A stretch of 63,524 nucleotides of DNA, counting the filler, from Folioceros fuciformis (taxonomy: Eukaryota), in NCBI GenBank assembly GCA_049999805.1. It is 11 parts of 11 records of this genome, joined end to end, with 100 filler letters (N's around TTAATTAATTAA, not from the genome) between each part and the next. Parts side by side here need not be neighbours in the genome. Positions count along the whole stretch, not along the records: positions 60,371 to 63,524 come from JBNGIO010002665.1; 10 more parts are not named here. One strand, 5' to 3'. Of the stretch, positions 61,845 through 63,524 are shown in pieces. Every line of letters begins with the position of its first letter. The stretch's first letter is position 1. A program made the translations under genes and the position numbers. The notes beneath the pieces are model-generated. The model was not told the origin of the DNA. It worked only from the letters and a program-made list of their open reading frames with translations, and ran no database searches.

Positions 61845-62940
61845 TGGCAAAACCCCAGGCACTATTCGCCAACGGGTTCAACCTTTAGCGGCCACACTTA
61901 TCCCACTGTCATTGGGACATTGGGTTTCGTTCCCACGAAGGAGCGATGGGGTTCCTAGCTACTTTGGATGGAGGGCCGGACTCAACTGACTCAATGATGG
62001 ATTCAAGGGCTCCCCTCCAGCTCCGACCAGGCGTGGGACAGTCCTCGCTGTCCAGCAGTCAACTGCACCTCTCTCGGTGCCCACAAACTCACTCCAATCA
62101 CTACAACGACCCTAACTTCTCAAATCTGCGACTTCCCTCGCTTCACTTCACTCACTCACTCACTCCAGCACCAGCTCCAGCAACAGCCAGCAACCAGCAA
62201 CGACACCACTACCTTCTACACTTCCCTACTGACTTCTCCTACCCGGCAAGAGTCACTAGACTAACCTCAAAGAAAAGAAAGAAGGGAACACACTCCCCTC
62301 TCGGATATCTCCTCCCCACAACCTTACCAGACGCCATGAAACATGGCCAGCCTACAGCACTTGTCCAAACAGGGAACAAGAGTGGACAGGTGGAGAGAAA
62401 GACACATCCTTTACAATCAAGAGCTAGGGGAAAGCCCTTCACCCTGGTCATTACACCTTGTGATCCTACCAGACACTATACAATTGGCAACACGCTGCCC
62501 GCTATCCTACTAGATACTGTACAGTCGGCAACACGCTGCCTGCAATCCTACCAGACACTATACAGCCGGCAACACGCGGCTTGCGATCCTACCAGACGTT
62601 GCACAGCCGGCAACACACTGCAGGTCGTAAACCAAGCAGGGACAGACCATAAGAGCTCATGAAGAGAGTACCTCCAAGAGCTCACGAAGTGATAGACTGA
62701 CTCCCAAAGTGAATGACTACCTCCTCCTACAGGCTCACCTGATCTTATAGGAGCCTCTCTATCTCTCTGACTTCACCTCTTTGTAACTTGACAAATATTA
62801 TTTTAATAGGACCACTAGCCTAGCCGGGTGTCACCAGCCACTCATTTAGACTTCTAGCACATCCTGCCACCAATGAGCTGGCCCTACCATCACAAGGATC
62901 TACCACCTCTTCCTTGCTAGATGGCCGCCCACTAAGTCTT
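61845..62940 (-). repeat. Dispersed repeat, LINE 5'/ORF1-region copy C
   Basis: Colinear with 41955-43058, including a 41-bp internal tandem array. Confidence 0.88.
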
Positions 62941-63524
62941 CCCCTGCAACTATTCACCCTTGGTGGCTTAGCCAGCCTCTCGGGGAGGAGTATGAGAAAT
63001 GAGAAAGATAGAGAGGAGGTGGGAAGCAATGGGATCAGCAGCCGGAACCAGGCCTGAAAACGGTAGCTTATTCAGCGGAATTAGCTTCCAGCCGAAATGG
63101 TTCCTCGGCCATGGAAGACTAACTCTAAGGTGCTAGAATAGGCCCCAAACTAGGAGGAAAAGAAAGCAGGTGAAACACAATTGGAATTAAATTCAGAAAA
63201 ATAGGGGTGAAAATAGAAAAGGGGAAATTAGAAAATTAAAAATAAAATAAATATAGGGATACATATACGATATACATATCAATACATATCAAATATATAT
63301 CTAAACCATATAAAATACAAAGAGAGGGGGTTGTACGTATACGGACCGTATACGGTCCCTATAAGCCATGGAGGGAAGCGGGCAGAATGGGAGCACGGGA
63401 GTGGGCGGGGCGAGCAGATCTAGCGCCGCGATGGGTAGGGAAATCGGCTTGCCGCCGCAACTAGGGAAATTGGCTAGCAGCGGGGTGTGGGAAGGAAAGA
63501 ATTGGCAGCAGGGTAGAATGGGCA

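Noticed and set aside
63337-63358. 16-bp palindrome ggaccgtatacggtcc
   Set aside because: Isolated, with no supporting context for a function.

Overview
This is eukaryotic (land plant) nuclear DNA, not prokaryotic. It is 11 contigs joined by ten artificial 100-bp linkers (N44-TTAATTAATTAA-N44), so adjacency across gaps is unverified. A PLS-PPR with a 'PGxSWWTD' (WW-type) PG box and short introns suggest a hornwort or similar seed-free plant (inference). Host genes: two tandem CYP71-clan P450s, an 8-exon HVA22k-like gene, an intronless 1095-aa PLS-PPR editing factor trailed by a decayed DYW deaminase, a tandem PPR pseudogene, an SKP1-like pseudogene and an atypical HD-Zip I gene. Most of the rest is transposon debris: several Ty1/copia elements, L1-like LINEs, a pogo/Tigger-like element, a probable Helitron end, and many tandem repeats. 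The most interesting observations: (1) a divergent, intronless, AT-rich ANT/AP2-domain ORF beside satellite arrays, possibly mobilised; (2) the PPR caught losing its DYW domain (HSE changed to HSG); (3) a ~2-kb fold-back structure holding an inverted copy of neighbouring DNA; (4) a pogo element keeping its DNA-binding HTHs but lacking the DDE core; (5) nested and rearranged retroelements. All assignments come from reading motifs by eye; no searches were run.
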